Shown here: in pieces, positions 25,340 through 36,100 of the stretch | How the letters are laid out: each line of letters begins with the position of its first letter | How positions within the stretch are numbered: the stretch's first letter is position 1 | Origin: Phoronis australis | Lineage: Eukaryota; Animalia; Phoronida | Assembly (NCBI GenBank): GCA_002633005.1 | Contig: NMRA01000282.1 | Location: 495,460 to 559,459 of the forward strand | Length of the DNA stretch: 64,000 nt | Reading direction: 5' to 3' | Made by a program: the position numbers and the translations under genes | Notes under the pieces: model-generated | Database searches by the model: none | The model's input: the letters and a program-made list of their open reading frames with translations, nothing else | What the model was told of the DNA's origin: nothing

Positions 25340-25575
25340 AATTGGCACCTCGTTTCGGTCTCTCATTTATCCGACCATCTTCAGGTGTTGCATTCTTACA
25401 GCGTTTTAAGAGGGTCATGCACAGGATCTAGTATGTTCTTGGTGGTCATAGATTAGCACATTTTTCTTGGGGCACGGCTGTATTTGAACATCGGATCTTT
25501 CGATTCTCAGTCTGCATTCTATAACACCTGAAGATGGCAGAATAAATGACCAGCCGAAACGAAGTGTCAGTGTTA
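25340..25575. ncRNA. Divergent pair of minimal hammerhead ribozyme motifs (Penelope-like element remnant)
   Basis: Plus strand: taacac-CTGAAGA-t-ggc..gcc-GAAA-c..g-TC-a-gtgtta (25522-25575). Minus strand: caacac-CTGAAGA-t-ggtc..gacc-GAAA-cgaggtg (25389-25345). Homologs at 18250-18465, 22800-23015, 44920-45125 and 52060-52305. Confidence 0.6.
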
Positions 25576-26096
25576 ACGGGTTAAAGGTGGGAATAGATTT
25601 TAGAAATTATCTTACGATGTCACCACCTCACATAGGTATTAGGAATCGTTGGGTTTTCATAATTTCTAACATTGCAATTAATGACAGTAACGAATTCTTA
25701 CACATCTACCCCATTCTAAAAATCTAAAAACATGATCGCCACCTGAGTGCAAAAAGCTAAGGCTAAGTTTTACCCAGGTCGTAAGTCCGGTCGTAGCCTA
25801 ACTATGACGATTGTAGGCACGGCTGTAATGCCTACTTGATGCTGCGCTTTTCATGAGTGCGTAAGTTTGTACCTGAAGTTACTCGTTTTTCATATTCCTA
25901 TTTCTAAGTCAAAATGGCCACTATGTGCAGGAGCCACGTTGATGTACAGTGGGTAAATTAAAGTAGAGGTTTCGACCGTGTTAGCTATAAAATTGGACTG
26001 ACAACCTTTGATAAAACAATCTCCTGAAGATGAGCTGAAATAGATGCATTATATCTGGTTAGAGAATTCATTATCGATTGCACATCATTCACTCAC

Positions 26097-26333
26097 CAGA
26101 ACAAAATGGTACTGGACAGTGCTGCCATCTCACTTTAGGGTCAGTTGTGTAGCACCAGGGCGAGCTTTCCGAGTCTGGGTTCCTGCAGTAGTTTTTAATT
26201 GTGTACGATCTCAGCTTTTTATGAGTATGAGGAGTCTGTACATCCCATCTCTGACACGTCCTTCCCGACCATGTGACTGACATGGTACCATTGTAATTCT
26301 TGCCGGAGGGGAGGAACTTACATTCACGGCCTT
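26097..26333 (-). CDS. Kringle domain exon (237 nt, phase 1-1), paralog of 23531-23770
   Basis: ECK...GKNYNGTMSVTWSGRTCQRWD...KNYCRNPDS...PWCYTT...WQHCPVPFC; GTGAGT donor; ttacag candidate acceptor. Confidence 0.85.
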
Positions 26334-27478
26334 CTGTAACAACTTTTGTCAAAGAAAGTCGATTATAGCATTGTTGACTCGCAGTTTGCTTTCGACGCAA
26401 TCCACTCGCTACTTTAAGATCGCCAAGTTTTCAATATCTCTCTCGCAAAAGGACTATTGATGGGGGATGAACTTAATTAATCGAGTCGGACGACATCACA
26501 ACGAGGTAACATATGGCAGGGGGTTATCACTCCACGGGAATATAGGTCGCCTGAGAAACGGCGATACTGGGGAACATGGGCCCGAGGAACACTGGGACGG
26601 GGGAATATCAGTTGGGTAACAGCGAGACGGGAGAATACTGGAACGTTGGAACAGACCTTTAATTCAACATCCCAACTTCACCGATCAATCACTTCAGTGG
26701 CTGCCATGTTACAAGGTTACGCTGCTAAGGTCTCCAGCACAATTGCATAACTTTACAGATCTTGTATGATTATGCTTTTTCGAGAGTCAAATGGACGTTG
26801 GAGAGATTTTAGATTAAATTTCTGATTTGGACCGGAGTAGTGAATTTGTAGTTTGGGGAGAAAATAAAAATCACAAAGAATTGATCATTTTTGGCAAAGC
26901 AATGAAAAAATTACATAGGTTTGGTGAATTTCTTTACGAAATCTTTCATGAAATCACTTCTAATTTAACTAAGGTACAACTTGAGAGCAAATTCTTAACG
27001 GAAAGTGTTTTAGCTCAAAAATCGTTTTCATGAGATAGAAAGCGAGTTTATAACCGCTGTAAGTAATAGAATTTCCGAATGCCTACTCGACTGAGTTTTG
27101 ATCGAGAGTTGCAGCTATTAAATCAAGCCTAATTTCATTGCTTCATTTTCATTTTGTTATTACTGTTCACCAAGCGAGACTCTTGAGGTACGGATCTATA
27201 CAATGGGCGATTTGTCGGCAAAGGTACGGTAGCCAACAAGCCCAACCTGTGGCCATGAGTGGACGCTGGGAGTAGTTTGGTCTCTGATGTTTTTTAAGTT
27301 CCAGTCGTAGAACCACTTTCGACAATTTATCGTACTTCATACCAGAAGTTTTTCAACAAGACATTTTTGGGTGTTAAAATCATGTTACAGTATTGGAAAG
27401 ATGTTACATTTGACCTAAATGAAAAGTTTAATAATGTGTTTTCGCAACTTTTTAAAATTACTCATAATTGCTTAGCTA

Positions 27479-27482
27479 AGTG

Positions 27483-27514
<32 letters not shown>

Positions 27515-27517
27515 TGC

Positions 27518-27552
<35 letters not shown>

Positions 27553-27554
27553 TG
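27479..27554. repeat. (GT)n/(GCGT)n compound microsatellite
   Basis: Read directly; second copy at 50088-50164. Confidence 0.95.
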
Positions 27555-30437
27555 TTATTACTGTTTTAATCGTCAATAATAATTCATTTGTGCCATGTTT
27601 ACCTGTTGCCCAGATGCCATTATATATGTTAATTCGATTTCTGAGAATTAGGCCTCCTGTTATCTGTAGTATTTTCCTTATATTCGTGAAATAAAATTTA
27701 AAAAGCGAAAAGTTTACATTGTAAAAGCACCCAATCCAGTACTTCGTGCTACTGAAAGCGTACAATTTATTTGACCCGCTCTTAGCGGACTGTCCTACTT
27801 GTTTGAATTTTTTCCGCCATCCAGTCACACCATCTAAATGTCCCGCTTTTTTACACACGGCCAAACTGACATAGTATCATATATTTTTGTAATTTCTCAA
27901 GCGACAGAGGCATATTTTCCAGCTCGACTGAAAAAAACGGGACGTTTCATGGGTTTTGCGGCACCCACATTTCCCCATTATATACAACTATAACTATAAA
28001 AACAACAAAAAAAAAACGCTGCGGGGCGTTTTTGTGTGTTACATCTCCCGTTCGAAAGAACACGCGGTCGGTACGTTTTCATGTGTTGCGACGAACATTT
28101 CACCCATACGTTTTGGCTTAGGCCACTCACTTTTTATCCTGGAGTCCAGCTTTTCAATCCATTTGTTCTGTTTTTTCGTTCTTTAATGTTGACCGGGACA
28201 ACTATGCAACGGGTATCAAAATAACATTGTTTCTTTTATTGTTATTATCCTGAGTCCATTGTCTTCTGTAACATAACAGTCGTAAAAATATGTTCTAATG
28301 TCTCTTGTTTGCAATAACATGCACTACACGTATAAGATCACAAACTTTTACTTTCTGAAGAAAAAAGTTTATTTCTTAACTTTTATGGAAAGTCCTACAC
28401 TGCAACCAATGTGATGATTTGTCCACAGTACATTTCAAAGCTTCCTTATCGAAATTTGTCAGTTTTTATCTATCAGAAAACCTTCATCTGCAAATTTCGG
28501 ATAGGTTCTTGAAGTGAATAGTTTATCGCATTTTTCAAAGATGCCACTGCGTTCTTAATTTTTACTCAAGAATGTAACTGTTTCAAGCGGCACCCAATGT
28601 CTAATTAATTATAATATGTAAAGAAGTGTAACTTTGGATGAATTTCTGCTAAATTATCCACAGCAAGTGTGAGGGATCCATTTTCTAAGACATTTGTCGT
28701 AATTGAAATGTTTTGATTCATTGAAATTATTTCCCTAATACCTTAACTAGTCATTTATTCCATACGCGTTGAATCAGTCGAGTGCAATACGGCCATGTAA
28801 CAATGTCTTCCGTATTCACCTCCCGCACTACTTCAACAGTGACCTCTGACAAGGTAAGTTCAAAACGTAGGTCAATGTCGACTCAACGTCTTTAGCCGAT
28901 TCGAACATCAAACTTTCCGAATATAGTTTAAAATAAAACAGTAATGTTGCAATAGCATAAATAACACTAGATATGCAATCTGGTCCTAAACGTAACATCT
29001 GGTACAACACTGTTAATTATATGACACTTCTGTCTCAGTTTTCAATTGCTAAATATATCTTCTGCAACTCAGGCGCCGATTCCTCCGTAACTACAATATC
29101 AAATATTTTTGTCATGCGCGCACCCAGCCTAAAATATAAGGTATAAGGGGCTCGAATTCTTCAGAATGTAGACCTTTTACTAACAAAAAACGAGGGACCA
29201 CGTTCACAGCTGTGAATTGTGCATTTGCAACTTTTTAGTGGACTTTTGTCTCGTTTTCTCGGACTTTTTGTTCCTTTAAGGAGAAGTTACAAGTTCAATG
29301 CACAGTTACCGTTGTTTTTATTTTTGTTCATCTCTTTTCAAGTAATAAATCGCTACATTTAAAACTATTTCTTTTGCTAGAGAAAGCTTGCAACCTAACG
29401 TGCAAGTACATACATATATGTTGTGATCCGCCACGTGAAAAGTCTGAGTAAAGAATTTAAATATCTGCCGAAAAAAATGAAAGAAACTTAGGAATTCGTA
29501 CTATTCCGTCTCGGTCGATACGCGGAATAATGTCTCGTGAGATTTTACTTCATCTACGCCACTCTCGGTACGTTTTGTGTATTTATATAACCTCTCTGGT
29601 TTATTTTCTTTTTTACATTACTATTTCACGCTGTTATTTTTCGCATTTTGGTAATACTCTTGGTTTTTAGAATTAAAAAAATAAACCAGTCAGGTATGGG
29701 AAATGATAATGACTTTATAATGACAGTAAATTCCACAGAAAATACACACAACGGAACAAACGAATACAAACTCTCATGCAGCCAGGACATTGGAGTGGGC
29801 ATTTTAGGCCTAAATCGCCATGGCGTCATGCTAAACATGCAAAAAGGCATGAACACAAAAGTAGACATTGTGTGTGAGTGAAATCTTTGATGAAACGATG
29901 AATTTGAATTTACTAAAGAAGAAATTCTTCGTATTAGTTTATTCACATCAAGTTAACTTTTTCCCAATCTCAACAACATAACATAATCGCCATCCTATCG
30001 TAGTTCTGAAATTGGCGCGCTTTTGATGGCTAATTGCGCTTTCTTGTGTGACGCTAAAATTGCTGCAAAACTAAACAGGTGGCAAGCAACAGAGCGCTCA
30101 TTAGAAACAATATTTGTCAACTTCGTATGACATTATTCATTCGGAACACTTCTAATATTTTCGTAGCCTCAAATTTCTCCTCATACTGAGGTGAGCGTTA
30201 TCTGCGCATGTGCGAGAAGTCACGTGACTATCAAGTTGGAGAATGAATTTCTGTACGCTGAAGTTCGCACATGCGCAGATCAGCAATGTTCATCTTCTAG
30301 GGATACCCGCGGCGTTTCGTTAATCGTGTATATAATTATATAATGTGTAGTAATGTACGCTCTAACGTCATACTGAAATTGACGATCATTGTGTCGAACT
30401 ATCTTGGCATGAAAAGTAAATTTAAAGAAACTAGCAT

Positions 30438-32625
30438 TGTCACGTTTTTCCCCGCGTGTTGGTGGGTGCAGGTTGTTACAGACCGGTGCTAATAGCTTTC
30501 GGTGCGACGACAGACTGAAGACTGTTTCGATTTAAAGGAGAAAGCCACTCAATTTAATTAGTCTCTTTTACCGTCTTAATCGGTCTATATCCACATCGCC
30601 TCTTATACGGTCGACCTCACCTTGCCGAGAGGTGTCGCGCTAACCTGTGAGGAAGGTGAGAAACGACGCAGCGACGTCAGTGGTTCGTCTGCAGAGTGAA
30701 TGCCGCTATATTGCGGTGCATCGTTCCCGCTTGTTCGAACATGAAGCTGCGAAGAAAGCGAGTATATAGTTTTTTCGACTTTCAGGAGAGCCCCAAATGC
30801 TTAGGAAGTGGCTCACGGTAGTGAAGAATGAAAGGTATGCTGTTAATAGCAAGTATGAGGCCGTGAAACATCTCCGTGTCTGTGGTCGGCATTTCATCGA
30901 CTTTGATGTCTCTGACGAATTCCGGCTTACCAAAGAACTATTCATACTTTCCATTGCCTGTGCATGTTCACGGCGCCTCTCTAGTATTTCTTGATCAGTG
31001 TATTCCGGTTCGAACTGAAAGCCTGTGAAACCTAACGATCCGACCCGAGAAGTCTTTGTTGGATGAGCCCTTGACTAAGTCGGGATTGGCGTCGGACGAG
31101 TTGCAATGTTTATTATTCTGCCTTCTGTTTCAAAATGAATTATTCTCATCCTAACCAATGCTTATATAAAACTGAAACAAAGTATGTCTCATTAGATACA
31201 GTTTGTAATGCCTTTGCAGTATTCGTGAGTGCAAATGTTGAGAAGCCAGCGATGAATAAAGGTAACTGACCGGGCATCAAGGCCGTGTGAGCGCATGCTA
31301 TTTCAGTGTTTGCTGACAGAAAGCTGTTGTCAAATAGTTACTCGATTTTATATGCTATGGTCACATGTTAGGGGAATCTTTATTTAGAAATACAAATACT
31401 TTATTCAAATCATTGTAACTGTACAACCTTTGCCCTGACAGGACGGTATGTGGAAGGGGAACCCGACTTCGCGGCACCAGACAAGTAAGTAGATTTTCAG
31501 TTTCGTGTCTAATTCTTATAAATAATTACGAGCACATTATTTCTTTGGCTCACTATTATAGTCTTTTTGTAACCGGAAGTTTAGTTTCCAACTCAAGCTG
31601 GTTTATGTTCGTGCCAGTCCCGGCGGCCTCGACGGGCCTGATCGGGTTCCGAGCCACTGGCTGCGATAACAAGCGTTTTGTGTGTTTAGAACTAAAAAAT
31701 CACGAGTCTAAACAACACAGATCTAGGCTCTCTTGTCTGTATTTCAGGGAAGAATACTTAAAATTGATCTCCGAACAGACCCTGAACTCCTGCTTCGGAC
31801 CTTGGTAAACTGTCCTTTGTAGGCTACGGTGTGTCCAAATACCAATAAGTCCGCAGCAGCGAAATAAAACTCGGTGTATTTTTAAGGGTTTTACATCGAA
31901 GTTTGATGATTTACTGCTGTTAAACGATGAATTCAAGCGATGAGCTGACACCAGTAACCCGTGTTGTGAACTGCTGAACAGACTGCGCGTGAAACCAATG
32001 ACGTCATTGGATAATTTCAACACCTCCGCCTGCCGTGAGGAGTCAGGTAACGCAACCGAACGTGCCGTTATCGAGTAGAACTACTCAATCTAAATTGATA
32101 CAAAATAGGTTGATTTTTGGGTGGCATTCTCCTTTACTAACATTATTAAACTCAACCGCACGTTCACAAGCCTACTCAAACAAAACTTCCGACGTAATGT
32201 CTGTTCTACGCTCCAGCCAGTGGTGCGAAGCCTTAACTTGTGATTAAATTCTGAGACACTTTCAGGAATTCAACTGTAACCCTCCAGTAACTGACTGATT
32301 TTCAACTTTTAACTGACTGCCACAAATCCGTGCTTGGGTATTTATAGTCTGAAGCAGTATTCTAAAACTTTTTACCAATTCAAGCACGTTCTAGAACTTT
32401 CCGGAATCCACCCAATCATTCTACAAACATATACTAGGCTCTAGAATGTTCCAGATTACATTAATCACTTACATGCTAGATTCTTCTAGAATATTCTACA
32501 CCATTCTGTTGTAAACAAATTGTATCATAAGTGTACTGACCTCAGGAGTAATGCCAATCAATAACACAAACAGAACAAAAGAACAAAATAATAAAACTAA
32601 GAACAGTGTCAGTCCACTCCTGACA
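30438..32625 (-). mobile_element. Gypsy 3' LTR interrupted by a Kolobok insertion
   Basis: TG...CA ends (minus strand TGTCAGG at 32625, CGTGACA at 30438); PPT-like ggcaggggtgtgt immediately upstream; colinear with the solo LTR 59479-60206 apart from 30536-32133. Confidence 0.8.
30536..32133. mobile_element. Non-autonomous Kolobok DNA transposon with THAP and KolX-like fragments
   Basis: TTAA|aggagaaagccactcaa ... ttgggtggcattctcct|TTAC; single TTAA at the empty site in the solo LTR (~59573); THAP remnant on + (30700-30905: C..PACSN..F..W...RVCGRHF); minus-strand FQFEPEYTDQEI resembles a KolX N-terminus. Confidence 0.75.
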
Positions 32626-32707
32626 ACACACCCCTGCCAAAGAGAAAATTACTCTATAATTTTCAAACACAAAATCATCTGACACAGATAGATAATCTTC
32701 TCCGCCT

Positions 32708-33106
32708 CTAAGGTGCTCCCTGACTTGTCTCTGTTAGACGACTTAAATAATCGGCACCAACGTTAGTCTTTGCCGGGATGTCCTCCACATAGCATTTATA
32801 AATCTGCAGCACTATTGCCAGTCGCATAATTTTGGGGCTTTCAATCTTGCAGCGATGAATATATACCAACGGCTTGTCAGGGGTCTGTCTGCACAAGGAA
32901 TTTCGTCCTGTAGAGGAAAACTCGAAACGTTTAACTGCAAACAATGTCGCCAAACACTCTTTCTCTTCTGTGAAGAAATGCCGCTCGCTCTCTTTAAACT
33001 TTCGGCTGGCATACGCAATAGGGAATGTCCCATCGTCAAACTCCTGCAGTAAAACTTCCCCTAAACCATCGTCCTGACAAGCAGTCGGGCCGAACAAAAC
33101 TCGCAA
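32708..33106 (-). pseudogene. Ty3/Gypsy RNase H fragment at the end of pol
   Basis: GLGEVLLQ...PIAYASRK...EKECLA...DKPL...NVGADYLSRL, followed within ~100 bp by PPT and LTR. Confidence 0.85.
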
Positions 33107-36100
33107 GCTCTGTGGTAGGATCCAAACGCCCTGTCGCTGACATAAATCCCAAGCGTTAAGTAACAGAATTATTAAAACGTATTTAAATGGTTAACAGTCT
33201 AGCTTTGATTTCAGCGCCTTGCGATAAATTTACTATAATAAAATGGATTTTATTGTTTTACAGATCTGGTCAAAGCTAATAACTTCAAAGGCTTTATTCC
33301 ATCAAATAGTTATTCAAACCTGGAATTTTCATCCGTGAAACCGATTTTGTCCCTTCGCAAAAAATATATTAATGCAAAATTTGAATGACTCAAAATATAG
33401 AAAAAAATAAAATATTCAGAGAGCCCTTCTTTGGTTTGCTGAGTTATACCAGGCAAAGACGAAAACAGAAATCATCAAAATTACACAAAACTAAACAATA
33501 AATTAAGATTGTGTCCGACCCCTGTATTCACTGATGAAATGTTCCGAAGTTGCATTACATTTCATCTTGTCTGCCACCTACCCAAAGGATGACAGTCAAC
33601 AAGAGCGATCTGTTTATCAGTAAATAATAAAGGAAAACTACCTTTAACTATACTTACCAACAGCACAAAACAGTGCGAAACAACACCTTTTCAATCCCAA
33701 TAGAAACTTCGTCATTTTATCAGAATAAAAATTGGCCTGCATCAACTTCTAGATCCCAAGCAACGAACGTGAATACCTCATTTGGTTGTTGTTCGCCTAT
33801 ACATGTTACATTTTGGGCCGCCGATCGATTCAAACGACAATGGGTTCGTTCGTACAACACAAATGCCAATTGTCTCATAGTGGTCCTAAATTGAAAAATT
33901 TATGAATTAAAACAAACTAGAACTTGTTGCATATTGACAATGGATGTTTAACGAACGCCGGACATGATAAATTGTTAGCTGCAACCAACAAAAAAAAACG
34001 ATTGTAAAATCAACAATAGCCGTTATTAACAAGAGATTCTAGCCATTTATAAAACATCAAAATGTGATTAAAATTGAATAGCCGCTTTAAAATAGCGGAA
34101 TTCACAGAATTGTGAATGGTAGGATAGACAAGACAAAGATAATTATACATCAGTGAGCCAGAAAGGTTGAGCTGTTGCGGATTACTTTATAATGCCTCAC
34201 CGGTCCCTACAAAGCTGTAAAACTGATCACGTTATAACTTGTACAGAAATGATCAAACAGCTTAACTTGCAAAAGCTTTTTATCCGGTGCTTGGACCACA
34301 GTGTACTTATTTCAGATTTAAAAATTCATATTCCAATTGTGTTTTGTAGCAGTGAATTTGGAGCTAGGATTAATGCTATGAAATCAGACGAATTTTCACT
34401 AAAAAGGCGAGAATAATCTCAACTCATTTCCCAGGGGTTTATGAATAATGTGAATTTGGTCAAGCTGTGAGATGCTATTTAGCAATTTAATAATCCAGCG
34501 AACTTGCAGAATGACATTGACGATTCATGTGATAAAATATGCAACCTGATTCACAAAGAAATGTCAATTTCTGAAATGCAATTTGAATTGAAAACTAAAG
34601 AATTGCACAATTTGGGCCCCAAACCGGCAGAAAAACAAAATACTAAACAATCCAGCTGAGAGGGGAAAGGCAAACTTTTCTGAACTTCAAATATTGCAAG
34701 AACTTCTAGAAAAAATGGTCAGATTCACTATTTTTGAAACACAGATGAAATAAGAAAATCTTTCATCCCAATACAATTTTCAAATTATCTGCCCCTAAAA
34801 ATATGTATGCGCGCATGCTTTCAAAGAAGTCGACTGGCTGCTGCTTGAAATTACCTTTTTTATTTACATCAAAGACCAAAGGTCACATTTTCCGTATTAG
34901 GAAAACGTGCTAGGTCTACGTCTTGACATACAAAATAAGGAGTCGCGCTTTACCACTTTACCATGTGGTAAAAATTTGACGAAGTGACGAGCAGTTGAAA
35001 GTTTTTTTTTGAAATTTGAAACTAAAGGAAAATGCTTTGACATCTAGAGAAATTCGCTGAACCAATGTGTGCTTTTGACCTACATCAGCAAACTGAGTGC
35101 AAGATGGGTTTCCATAATGTTAAAGCAAAATTTAGGTTTCGAAGACTCTTTTAACTCGTTTTCAGTCTGATCCAGTAAACTTCTTCTACAGAGATGAGTG
35201 ACTAGACGAGGCATAGGTCTATTACTTTGATCTTGAATCAAAAAGTCAAAGCCAAACACACTGTCTCGATATGTTCAAGTTCGGAGCCTGTGTTGGCAAG
35301 ATGGTTGATTTTGGGTGTTCTGATAGCGAAGGAAAACTTGGCGTCGCTCCCCAGCCGCACAGCCGCCCGACCGGCAGCCCGGCCGAGGTCTGCCACCCAC
35401 GGCCGCTCCCCGGCCGCGCGGCCTCCCACACTACAGCTCGGCCGAGTACAGCTGCCCGCCGTCACTCCTTGGCCTCGTGGCCGCCTGACCGCCATCCTGC
35501 CATCCTGGCCGAAGCGCGCTTCACCCTGAAATTCGCCGATCTGCAGGTTGGCCAGGCAGCCTCACCCACCGTGAGTCGTCGTCTGCCCTTGGCCACGCAG
35601 TCGCCTTTTCTGGCAGCTTGCCCCATTCCGCCTCTTACCTTACGCGATGAGTCGTCGTTGGCCCTGGCCGCGCAGTCGACTTCGCTGGCACCTTGGCCCG
35701 GCACGCCTGCGTACTCTGAGGGGTCTACGGACATCTGCCGAGCAGCTGACTTCACCGGCAGTTTGGCAGGGCCTGCCTAACGTATTCTGAGGTGTCCTTC
35801 ACCGCGCAGCCAACTTCATCGTCAGCTTTTTCTGACCCAGCCCGCCTCCGCCGTCGGCCCTTGGCTGCGTTGACAATATATGATACGATATTGGGTAAAG
35901 TGAAAATTAGCATTTTAAAATGTGTCGATAAAAGACAGATTTTGTTTCGCGAGGGAAACTCGCCGAACCGGCCAGCACCACCGGTTTTCGCATTCGGGCG
36001 GCGGAACAACGGTGTACAAACTTTCGAATCGGCCCTCCACCAACGTAGGGGTAATTGATACCTGACCATGCAGTCCCGACTGCCGCTAATACGGAGGATA

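Larger units (their letters stand above)
24460..26657. mobile_element. Putative Pack-MULE-like element: Mutator-like MITE arms enclosing two kringle exons
   Basis: C-rich arm ~24460-24635 and inverse G-rich arm ~26500-26657 ending ACAGACC, as in the MITE at 10053-10604; decayed candidate TSD tttaactat / tttaattca. Confidence 0.55.

Noticed and set aside
27367-27864. Cys/His-rich ORFs (CVCVC..., THTHT...), also at 49888-50472
   Set aside because: Translations of the GT/GCGT microsatellite.
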